Source: Candidatus Omnitrophota bacterium (GTDB taxonomy: Bacteria; Omnitrophota; Gorgyraeia; Zapsychrales; Zapsychraceae). Taken from it: DNA of 64,000 bases. The position numbers were made by a program, and so were the translations under genes. A model generated the notes under the pieces. The model was not told the origin of the DNA. It made no database searches and worked only from the letters and a program-made list of their open reading frames with translations. Below, one piece after another: positions 22,255 to 30,466 of this stretch (the stretch's first letter is position 1; every line of letters starts with the position of its first letter). Where the stretch lies: contig JAGQKV010000004.1 in assembly GCA_020429915.1 (NCBI GenBank), positions 132,833 to 196,832 on the forward strand, in the 5' to 3' direction.

Positions 22255-22864
22255 TTTCGGTCACCTCATCCTGCATCCGGCCGACCAGCTTGGTCGTGAT
22301 CAAGAAATCGGCTACGTCGATGCCGCGTTCCGAGCGGCGCTGGATGGAACCCAATTCCAGCTCGGTCAACTCGTGCATAAAAGCGGATTGCCGTTTCAAG
22401 TTTGACGTAAATTTGTGAACATTAATCAGCTCATCCTGACTCTTTGAGATGGCGCTGCCTTCAATGAACAGCATTTCAGGCGTGAGCGCAATCTTCGTCA
22501 ACCACACACCTCGGGGGAGTTCATTGCTGATCAAGTTGAGTTTTTGCGCCCAATCAATCGCCTCCCCGCCGGTTACTTTAACGATGGCCTTGTGTTTATT
22601 TTGCAGCTTTCGCATGTCGTTGACTACCCCGTCCACCTTCTCCTTCTGCGGCAGCAGCTGCTGCCATTCCTGCTTTAAAGCCTTGTGTTCCTTCATCTTA
22701 GACACATTCAAAAAAAGCAGGCCGATATGCGCCAGTATAAGCAAAAAGAACAATCCGCCAATCGAACCGATAATCACCTCGGGCGGGATCTCCACGCCTC
22801 CGGGCAGCAGCTTCTTCTTTTTCTTCTTCCTCAGTTCCTGTGGGACGACATTGATCTCAATCAT
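22244..22864 (-). CDS. pilN: type IV pilus assembly protein PilN
   Basis: 206 aa with an N-terminal IEINVVPQELRKKKK segment followed by a TM. PilN-like bitopic architecture with fimbrial-assembly topology. Confidence 0.75.
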   Translation of the reverse strand: MIEINVVPQELRKKKKKKLLPGGVEIPPEVIIGSIGGLFFLLILAHIGLLFLNVSKMKEHKALKQEWQQLLPQKEKVDGVVNDMRKLQNKHKAIVKVTGGEAIDWAQKLNLISNELPRGVWLTKIALTPEMLFIEGSAISKSQDELINVHKFTSNLKRQSAFMHELTELELGSIQRRSERGIDVADFLITTKLVGRMQDEVTENEE

Positions 22865-23906
22865 ACTGATATAGGGCCAAGCCCAAGGCTACGGCCAGTC
22901 TGTTGGATTTTTGGGCCAATTCTTCCGCGGTCAAATGATCCGCCCGCGCGAGTTTCTCAAACGGATTCCACGACTCCACCTTAATCTCAAGGTTAGATTC
23001 GATATGCTTCGCCAAACCATGCATCAGCGAAGCGCCTCCGGTCAGGACCAGCCGGTTGATTTCCTGATTATGTTCATTCATAAAATAGTCAACGGACAAC
23101 CGCAACTCCTGCATAAGATTGGCAAAGGCGGAATCGCATACGCCCTGAATCTCGGACAGGCGGTCACCGGGATTGCACTTCAAACGTTCGGCTTCGCTGA
23201 ATTCAAGAGCCATGGCATTGGCGATGCGCTTGGTCAGATCGCGTCCGCCGGTGGAAATATCCCGTACAAACTGAGGAATTCCTTTCATCAGGACGATAAA
23301 TGAACTTACCGTCTCTCCCACGTCGAGAATTCCGACGATCTCACTATCGCTGTCGGGACAGTTTAGCATGCTGCCGGTGTTCGCCAGCGCGACGGCATTC
23401 AAACCGATAAAATCACTTTCGTATCCCAGAGCGTTGAACATCTTAAGCCTGTCGCCCACCATCTCTTTTTTCACCGCCGCAGCCATAACCCGCATTTTCT
23501 TCGATTTCCCCTGCGGATCAATAATGAAGCAGTCGGTGTAGATCTGATCCTGAGAGAACGGGAAGTACTTGTCGGCCTCTATCGCAAAGGAGGCCTTAAG
23601 GTCTTCAAGATTCATACGCGGCATTTCGATAAAGCGAATAAGGGTCCCTTTTCCGTAAACGGAGGTAAAGACATTCTCGACAGGGCTGGTTACCTGATTA
23701 AGCAGGGACCGGACAGCCGCCTCCACGTCGCCTCCGGCCACCGGCTGAACAGCCCAATGCAGGACCTTGAAGGAATCGCCTTCACGGGCAAGTTCCACAA
23801 TCTTGCAGGAACTCACCCCGATATCGATGCCAACCGATGATCCTTCTTCCTTTTTGGGAATAAAGCGCCTTATCAGGCCGAAATAATTCTTAAGTAATGA
23901 ACTCAT
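22857..23906 (-). CDS. pilM: type IV pilus assembly ATPase-fold protein PilM
   Basis: 349-aa actin/FtsA-like protein (…SVGIDIGVSSCKIVEL…). First gene of pilMNOPQ. Confidence 0.85.
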   Translation of the reverse strand: MSSLLKNYFGLIRRFIPKKEEGSSVGIDIGVSSCKIVELAREGDSFKVLHWAVQPVAGGDVEAAVRSLLNQVTSPVENVFTSVYGKGTLIRFIEMPRMNLEDLKASFAIEADKYFPFSQDQIYTDCFIIDPQGKSKKMRVMAAAVKKEMVGDRLKMFNALGYESDFIGLNAVALANTGSMLNCPDSDSEIVGILDVGETVSSFIVLMKGIPQFVRDISTGGRDLTKRIANAMALEFSEAERLKCNPGDRLSEIQGVCDSAFANLMQELRLSVDYFMNEHNQEINRLVLTGGASLMHGLAKHIESNLEIKVESWNPFEKLARADHLTAEELAQKSNRLAVALGLALYQYD

Positions 23907-24041
23907 AGCTTCCCCTCAGGGGGTTGGTTACTCATGACAAATCAAGGGAGCAGGATGGCTACACAAGTGGGCGGAATCAGAGGAGTTTTTGAGTAAGTAT
24001 AAGCGTTACAACTAATTATAAAGCGTTAGCACATATATATA

Positions 24042-24359
24042 CTATTGTACTAAATTGACATCATCAAGCGGAATTTCATATATTATTTTCTGCCGCTTTT
24101 TGGTCTTCTTGTAGGATGTGACCTCATCCGATGATGTCTCTGAGAGTGGGCCCGATCGGGTATAACCTGACCGGTCTTGGGCTAGCATGTTCCTTCGTGG
24201 GCTGAGTGATGCGGCCGGGGTGGCTGGCGCGCCGATTTTCTGGGTCTCTTCGATTTCATGTGAAACCCAGGCATTGGCCATAAAAATCATGCACAGCATG
24301 ACCACCGCGATCATGAGCAGGGCACTGGATGCGTTGTGAGATTTCTTTTTCCTTGCCAT
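24042..24359 (-). CDS. hypothetical small membrane-anchored protein
   Basis: 105 aa with one N-terminal TM (ALLMIAVVMLCMIFMANAW) and then a Ser/Thr/Pro-rich disordered tail. Translationally coupled (ATGA overlap) to the upstream PilX_N gene. Confidence 0.45.
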   Translation of the reverse strand: MARKKKSHNASSALLMIAVVMLCMIFMANAWVSHEIEETQKIGAPATPAASLSPRRNMLAQDRSGYTRSGPLSETSSDEVTSYKKTKKRQKIIYEIPLDDVNLVQ

Positions 24360-26068
24360 TATGTATCTCCTTCCTGCCAGATCATTTTGTCCGTGATATC
24401 GTTGGTGAAGGCAATGAAGGTATTCAAAGACGGGAAATACGGCGGGGCGTTACCGCTGGCCATGCGCTCGTCAAAGACGAAATTGCGGCCGTAGCCGGCA
24501 ACTTGTGTCCCGGTAGACCCGTTAAACAGTCCGAAAGCTCCATAGTAGTCCGAAATGACGCCGCCTAGCATCGTGGCGGTCCCGCGTCCGCCGACTCCGG
24601 TGTCGTTATAGCTGTCCACCTGCAGGATCCCGGATTTGGCCAAGACTGTCCCGTGAACACTAATGTCATCGGGCGCCGACGTGCCGATCCTGACATCCCC
24701 GTTCCAGGAAACCAGCCCGAGAAGATTATCCTGCCCGACTGCATTGGGCGGAATATACCCTGCCTGGCCGGGCGTGCCGACAGCCGGTGTATAATTTTGA
24801 TACTGGACGTTATCAGTGATGATGATGTCGTTATTGCTGGAAATCGTCATGGCCGTATTTTGCTGGACGGTCCCGCCGAGGCTGTTGATATTTCCATTGA
24901 CGTAAATCACCGTGCCCACCCCGTCGATTCCGTCCGGCGTCCCGCTGTAGACTGTGACTCCGGATGACGGATCGTTGACCGTGGTTTGATTGTTTGTCCG
25001 GTCCACTGTAATGATGCGGGTGGATCCGCCCTGAGTGATGTTGTAAACGGCATTATTGCTGCCGTCGACGCCCATGGTGATATTGCTGTCGCCCTCAACA
25101 TATATACCGCCCGTAAGCGAGGCCCCGTTGTTGGGAACATAAATCCCGTTTCCAGCAATCGCGGCCCCACCCTGGGCCTGGTCAACAAGGTCCTGCTGCT
25201 GCGTCGCCGACGCCAGGGTGATCGGGCTGACATCCCGGTTGAAACCAGAGTTAAAGGTCGGAATATCCTCCGTACCGTTAAATTCAGCGTCGAGGAGGAT
25301 CGGCGAACCGCTGTTGTAGAACCTGGCCAATTGCTCGACCTGATCGATCGAGCCTTCGAAAGTTCCGCTGGGATTAAGGGCGAAGTTGTAGCGACCGTTG
25401 GTGTGCAGCGGTCCCGCAAAGTTCGTCTTGTCGGTGAACCAGACGTTGGTCCCGTTGGGCAATGTTTGATCATTAGTGAACAAGGCATACTTCGCAAAAT
25501 TGTCACGCTGCACCCTCACCGTAAAGTCACCGGAGAGCAGCACGTCCTTGTCGGTGCTCTTCTCCGTTCCGCGAGCCACGATCCGGTAGTTATACGGAAA
25601 ATCCCAAGAATCCGCCGTAATAATGACGGGGTTGGTCTTTTCAGAAATCTCGATGTCATATTGGTACTGCCCCGACCCCATGGAAGCAGTTTGCGTGTAC
25701 TCGGCAATCGCTCCGTTGAGGGTCAAAGCCGGCGTCCCGCCGTTCTCCACGAAATCATATAAAAATCCGATCCCGTCGTTGCCGGCCACGTAGCCGACGG
25801 TTTGCGACACCAACGTCGACGGATTGGTCCCGTTGACCGTGCTGAGCATATAGTCATTGATCAGCACGTCCAACCCCTGCAATGCAGCCTTGGAACCACC
25901 CTCAGCATAGTAGAACGATTTGGCCATATCCAGCTCCCGCTGAGCGATATTACTTTCATAAATCGACCGCAGAACAAAGACACTGCTCAACCCGAGCAGG
26001 ACCGTGACAATAAAAAGTGAAATGATCAACGCTGCGCCTCTCTCGTTATGCAGTTTCATTGTCATCAC
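24359..26068 (-). CDS. PilX N-terminal domain-containing pilus protein (putative tip-associated minor pilin/adhesin)
   Basis: 569 aa. The N-terminus NERGAALIISLFIVTVLLGLSSVFVL matches the PilX_N signature. The remainder is a G/T/N/S-rich, repeat-like and probably beta-rich domain. Last large gene of the pilA-minor-pilin operon. Confidence 0.7.
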   Translation of the reverse strand: MMTMKLHNERGAALIISLFIVTVLLGLSSVFVLRSIYESNIAQRELDMAKSFYYAEGGSKAALQGLDVLINDYMLSTVNGTNPSTLVSQTVGYVAGNDGIGFLYDFVENGGTPALTLNGAIAEYTQTASMGSGQYQYDIEISEKTNPVIITADSWDFPYNYRIVARGTEKSTDKDVLLSGDFTVRVQRDNFAKYALFTNDQTLPNGTNVWFTDKTNFAGPLHTNGRYNFALNPSGTFEGSIDQVEQLARFYNSGSPILLDAEFNGTEDIPTFNSGFNRDVSPITLASATQQQDLVDQAQGGAAIAGNGIYVPNNGASLTGGIYVEGDSNITMGVDGSNNAVYNITQGGSTRIITVDRTNNQTTVNDPSSGVTVYSGTPDGIDGVGTVIYVNGNINSLGGTVQQNTAMTISSNNDIIITDNVQYQNYTPAVGTPGQAGYIPPNAVGQDNLLGLVSWNGDVRIGTSAPDDISVHGTVLAKSGILQVDSYNDTGVGGRGTATMLGGVISDYYGAFGLFNGSTGTQVAGYGRNFVFDERMASGNAPPYFPSLNTFIAFTNDITDKMIWQEGDT

Positions 26069-26751
26069 CCCCTATTCCTGAGCAGAATGTCCATGCTGTC
26101 ATCCATGCTCAGCGCGCGATTGTTGGTTGTCGTCCCCGATGCGGTAACGGTCACGGTGACGACATTCTGATCACCGCTGAGGACCGCCTGCATATCGGAT
26201 ATATTCCGGGCAAAAACGTCGGTACGGACAAGCGCATTGCCGCCATCGCGCACCCGGCGTTCCAGTTGGTTGTTGTTGTTGATGGCGTACTCAAGATAGC
26301 TGTACTCCACGGTCGTGCAGTCGTTGTCCGCGTCCATGCACGTGGAGTCGGAGCACCCCCATGTCAACGGGGCCCCCCAATACGCAACGTCTCCGTTGCC
26401 GTCGATCACCGGGGTTCCCGCCTCACATTCCACCGGCATAAAAAACTGAATGACATCCGATCCGTTTGTCCCCGTATTGTCGTTAATCGTGATCTGCATG
26501 GCACCCACGCTGTTCGATCCGGATTCACGCATTTCCTTTGATATCCTCTCGAGACTGGTACGGATGTTCTCCTGCAAGCTGATCTGCAAGGCCGTGTTCG
26601 CCCAGCTGTTCTGCCCGGCCGCCACGGACATATAGACGCCCCCTATCATGGCCACGAGTATGGCAATCGCCACCATAAGCTCGACGAGACTGAAACCGCC
26701 TTGATTCCGCATGCGGTTTCGCTGAAATGTTTGACGTCTGCTACTCATCAT
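26065..26751 (-). CDS. type IV minor pilin (PilW-like; prepilin-type N-terminal cleavage/methylation domain)
   Basis: The sequence …MRNQGGFSLVELMVAIAILVAMIGGVYM… has the class III signal peptide motif G|FxxxE plus a hydrophobic helix. The true start may be the internal ATG at 26712. Confidence 0.75.
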   Translation of the reverse strand: MMSSRRQTFQRNRMRNQGGFSLVELMVAIAILVAMIGGVYMSVAAGQNSWANTALQISLQENIRTSLERISKEMRESGSNSVGAMQITINDNTGTNGSDVIQFFMPVECEAGTPVIDGNGDVAYWGAPLTWGCSDSTCMDADNDCTTVEYSYLEYAINNNNQLERRVRDGGNALVRTDVFARNISDMQAVLSGDQNVVTVTVTASGTTTNNRALSMDDSMDILLRNRG

Positions 26752-27202
26752 ATCTGAATGTCACCAACTGCACCGAGGAGTCAAGCATGCCGTTGCCGTT
26801 GGTGTCCTCGCCGGCGTCCAGAACTCCGTCGAGGTCGGAGTCTTCGCCGATGACCAGGCCGCTGCGTTGGGCCCAGCAGAAGGTTACGGTGATTTGAACC
26901 AGCTCCGGATCGGTCGCGTCGATATAACTGACGCCCGCGCCGTTGATACCGGCCTCAAAGAACGGTACGGCATGAAAATTTGCCGTTAACTGCGTGTAGT
27001 CTGAATTGTTGATCTGCTCCATCCGGCTCTTGGCCGCGCGCGTCGCCAGCGACTTGTTGCGCGACATTTCGTTCAATTCCAGGCACCGGATGTAAGTCAA
27101 CATGATACCGACGAACGCCAGGATCATGACGACCGCCGCTATCATGACCTCCGCCAGAGTGAATCCACTCTGCCCGGATAAATTTTGTTTTCGTATCCCC
27201 AT
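26741..27202 (-). CDS. type IV minor pilin (PilV-like; prepilin-type N-terminal cleavage/methylation domain)
   Basis: MGIRKQNLSGQSGFTLAEVMIAAVVMILAFVGIML carries a prepilin leader followed by G|FTLAE. Confidence 0.75.
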   Translation of the reverse strand: MGIRKQNLSGQSGFTLAEVMIAAVVMILAFVGIMLTYIRCLELNEMSRNKSLATRAAKSRMEQINNSDYTQLTANFHAVPFFEAGINGAGVSYIDATDPELVQITVTFCWAQRSGLVIGEDSDLDGVLDAGEDTNGNGMLDSSVQLVTFRYDE

Positions 27203-27289
27203 GACACGCCACCCTTCGCCTGGTCAAAAAAGAGGGGGGACTCGTACATGCCAAGTCCCCCCTCCCAAGCTGAAGATTCCTATCCGAGA

Positions 27290-27697
27290 TTACGGTGACA
27301 GGATTCCACCGGTGGTGACAGTGTAAACTGTCGTCCCTGAAGTACCGATCGTAACCGGAGTAGCTGTAAAGGCGTATCCGCCCGCCGTCATAGCACCGCA
27401 GCCACCGTAAATGTAACCACTTCTGGGTACACCGTCACAGAAGTCTTCCTGCAGGTAAGCCGGGTTGGCGCCTGTCAGTGAGGACATGTTCATCGGATAG
27501 TTTCCGTTGTTGGCCGTGGCATACGTTTCGCTAGATGTTGAAAGGGTGCGAAGCGTGCTTTGGGCCAGCGCGTCGTTGGCGGAAATCTTGGCCCGCAGCA
27601 GGTTCGGAATAGCGATAGCTGCCAGCAGGGCGATGATCGCGACCACGATCATGATTTCCACCAGGGTAAAACCTTGGTTTCTTTTCAATCTCTTCAT
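27290..27697 (-). CDS. pilA: type IVa major pilin PilA
   Basis: 135 aa: MKRLKRNQG|FTLVEIMIVVAIIALLAAIAIPNLLRA, then a small Gly/Thr-rich globular domain with two Cys. A strong AGGAGG SD lies 4 nt upstream. It has its own promoter region after an upstream terminator. Confidence 0.9.
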   Translation of the reverse strand: MKRLKRNQGFTLVEIMIVVAIIALLAAIAIPNLLRAKISANDALAQSTLRTLSTSSETYATANNGNYPMNMSSLTGANPAYLQEDFCDGVPRSGYIYGGCGAMTAGGYAFTATPVTIGTSGTTVYTVTTGGILSP

Positions 27698-27895
27698 TTC
27701 ATCCTCCTTAGGTTAAGTTCGAGCCAACGGCCCCCGGGAACCCAGAGGAGAATGGAATGAATGATACCGATTTGATCTCGTAATCTGGATTCTTACGCAA
27801 CCTATTGACCCTTGTTACTTTATGACATTTATCGAAACTGGCGCCCACCCTCGGGCGGGCCTTGATTTCGTCGATGTCGGTCTTCAAAGAGCAAT

Positions 27896-27927
27896 AAAAA
27901 AACCTATTTTCCATCCGGAAAATAGGT
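27896..27927 (-). terminator. rho-independent terminator downstream of the coiled-coil gene and upstream of pilA
   Basis: The minus strand reads ACCTATTTTCC-GGAT-GGAAAATAGGT (11-bp perfect stem, 4-nt loop) followed by TTTTTT. Confidence 0.75.
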
Positions 27928-28110
27928 CTGTGGGACATATCCTTAAGTCTGACTCAAGAATATCGCATTAGCGGCAACTGGCTGCCCTCAGGATCTTGTA
28001 GGGCCCTATAGTTTTGTGTCCCACCCTTACGGATGGTTTACCTTTGTCACTGCACCAAATTGTCAATTGAAGTATATCACCTGGTTCGGGGGGTGTCAAA
28101 CCGGGCTATA

Positions 28111-29040
28111 CTATTTTTTTGATGATTTGGTCATCTCCTTCCAGTCTTCTTGTAATCTCGAATATTGATCCTTCAGGGATGTATTCTCAGCCTGGATAAA
28201 ATGCCGGTTTTCCATCAGGGTTTCTATTTCCTGATCGCTGATCACCAGCTTATTTCGCTTCCCATCGATACGCAGGTCCGCTTTGCGCAATACGGACTCC
28301 AAACGCTGCTGCTGCTCCTCCAGCTCCGCCACTTGCTGGCGCTCAGTCTTGATATGGGTCTCAATGCGCTCATCCAGCGTTTTCAATTCGTCACTCAATC
28401 GGCCATGTTCGGCCTCGCCTTGCTGAAGTTGAGCCAGCAAATCCGCCCGTCTTTCTTTGAGTTCCAAGTTTTTGGTCTGCAGAGCATTATACTCCCCAAG
28501 CGAATCGGAATGACGGTCGGCCACCTCCTCCAATTGCCGGCGTAAGACCTTGATATTTTCTTCGGCGGAACGCAGCCGGGCCTCGTGCTGCGGGACGGTG
28601 GACGCAACGTCGGCCTTAATTTCCGGCATAGCCTGCAGAGCGGATGTCATATCCCGGATGTCCTGCTGAACCAACGCAATCTCTTTGAGCAGACGGTCTT
28701 CCTTGGAAAGCGCCACCGCCTCCGGCCCCGGTACTGGTGGGGCCTGAACCGCCGTCGGTTGTTGCGCCGCCGCGACCGGCTGATATGTTCCGGTGGCTTG
28801 CGGACGTTGGACCGGTCGATCCGGACTGCCGGCTTGTTCAATCTTCATCTCCAGGACCTGGATCTCCGATTGCAGCCACGCATTACGTAACTTCATCTGG
28901 GCCGCGCTCTGCTTCAACCCGTTGAGACTGATCGCCAGGGATTTCCCGGCCGGCGGGGACCAATCGGCCTGGGCCGCCGCATTTTCTGCCGCCCCGGCCA
29001 CGAATATAATCAGGCCTAATGTCATCAGATTATGGCGCAT
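28111..29040 (-). CDS. secreted coiled-coil protein (hypothetical; pilus-locus associated)
   Basis: 309 aa with a signal peptide (MRHNLMTLGLIIFVAGAAENAAAQA), a Pro/Gln-rich linker, and then long heptad-like Q/E/L/R-rich segments. Sits between pilC and pilA. Confidence 0.5.
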   Translation of the reverse strand: MRHNLMTLGLIIFVAGAAENAAAQADWSPPAGKSLAISLNGLKQSAAQMKLRNAWLQSEIQVLEMKIEQAGSPDRPVQRPQATGTYQPVAAAQQPTAVQAPPVPGPEAVALSKEDRLLKEIALVQQDIRDMTSALQAMPEIKADVASTVPQHEARLRSAEENIKVLRRQLEEVADRHSDSLGEYNALQTKNLELKERRADLLAQLQQGEAEHGRLSDELKTLDERIETHIKTERQQVAELEEQQQRLESVLRKADLRIDGKRNKLVISDQEIETLMENRHFIQAENTSLKDQYSRLQEDWKEMTKSSKK

Positions 29041-29049
29041 CAGAAATTC

Positions 29050-30255
29050 CTAAATGATTTGGGTAATATTCATAATCGGCATGAACAAGGCGACCACGAT
29101 AAAGCCGATAACGATCCCGAGCACCCCGATAATCAACGGCTCGATGATACTGGTCAACCCGTCCACCGCCGCGTCGACCTGATCGTCGTAAAACTCGGAT
29201 ATTTTTAACAACATCTTTTCCAACTGACCCGATTTTTCCCCGATCGATATCATGCGGGTAACCATCGGAGGAAAAACACCGCTCTTGGCCAGCGGCGGCG
29301 CGATACTCTCACCACTGCGGACGTTGTTCTTGACATCATCCACGGTCATTTCGAGGACTTTGTTCCCGATCGTCTTGCCGACAATATCCAGAGATTCGAG
29401 AATCGGCACCCCGCTCTGAACCAGGGTGGCAAGGGTCCGGCTAAATCGTGAAATGGCGACCTTTCGCAGCAAGTCACCAAAAATAGGAAGCTTCAGCAAG
29501 GCGCTGTCGATCACAATTGCCCCCTGCTTGGTCTTGTGCCACTGCCGAAGCAAGAATCCGGCAAGCATAAACCCACCTACGACGTACAACAGATACTGCT
29601 GCAGAATATTACTGATGGTAATAAGCATCTGAGTCATGGCCGGAAGTTCGGAATCGAAGGACTCATAGATCTCGGCGAAGGTCGGAACGACCTTGACCAA
29701 CAGCACAATAGTGATAATGACAGCCATCGAGACGACGACAGCAGGATAGATGAGGGCGGCTTTGACTTTGCGCCGCAGGCGCAAGGTCTTCTCCATGTAC
29801 ATGGCGATCCGGTCCAGCACCTGGGCCAGAACCCCACCCGTCTCCCCGACCCGGACCATATTGACGAACAAGGTGTCGAAAACAGCCGGATGTTTGGAAA
29901 ACGCTACGGACAGGCTGCTCCCGTGGGATATGTCTTCGGTGATTGTGGAAAGAGTCCTTTTGAATGTGGGCTGGGCAACCTGTTCCTGCAGAGCGTCCAG
30001 CCCCTGTACGATCGGTATCCCGGCCTCGACCATGGTCGCCAACTGCCGGGCAAAAATAACGATCTCATCAGCCTTAACTTTTTTACTGCTGAAAGAGCTT
30101 TTCTTCTTAACGGCATCCTTGACTTCATTGATCGAAATAATGATCAAATTCCGTTTACGCAGCTCTTCAATGACGGCGGCCTTGTTATCGGCGGCAATCT
30201 TTCCGGTTACGCTGCGGGATTCCTGATTTTTTGCGACGTATTTAAATGTGGCCAT
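29050..30255 (-). CDS. pilC: type IV pilus inner-membrane platform protein PilC (GspF family)
   Basis: 401 aa with two GspF-type repeats and three TM segments. Immediately downstream of the ATPases. Confidence 0.9.
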   Translation of the reverse strand: MATFKYVAKNQESRSVTGKIAADNKAAVIEELRKRNLIIISINEVKDAVKKKSSFSSKKVKADEIVIFARQLATMVEAGIPIVQGLDALQEQVAQPTFKRTLSTITEDISHGSSLSVAFSKHPAVFDTLFVNMVRVGETGGVLAQVLDRIAMYMEKTLRLRRKVKAALIYPAVVVSMAVIITIVLLVKVVPTFAEIYESFDSELPAMTQMLITISNILQQYLLYVVGGFMLAGFLLRQWHKTKQGAIVIDSALLKLPIFGDLLRKVAISRFSRTLATLVQSGVPILESLDIVGKTIGNKVLEMTVDDVKNNVRSGESIAPPLAKSGVFPPMVTRMISIGEKSGQLEKMLLKISEFYDDQVDAAVDGLTSIIEPLIIGVLGIVIGFIVVALFMPIMNITQII

Positions 30256-30466
30256 AAGACCTTACCTTAAACGTGAGGACATGGTGCGCGGCGCGGAGGC
30301 TGGACGTTTCACTTCATTAAGTATAAAACGTGATTTCTGTTTGGCAATATACCATTCAGATTTTCAGGAGTTTTTTCATGTCAATCCCGGGAGTCCCGGC
30401 AAACCCAACCCCGCCAAGCAGGATTATTTTAGCATGTATTTTTTCACCTTAAACAACGAAAGTGAA

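Noticed and set aside
27796-27811. Sigma-54 (−24/−12) promoter upstream of pilA
   Set aside because: Only the GG and TTGC cores match and the flanking consensus is poor. No enhancer-binding protein gene (pilR) is in the window. It is therefore kept as a low-confidence note only.
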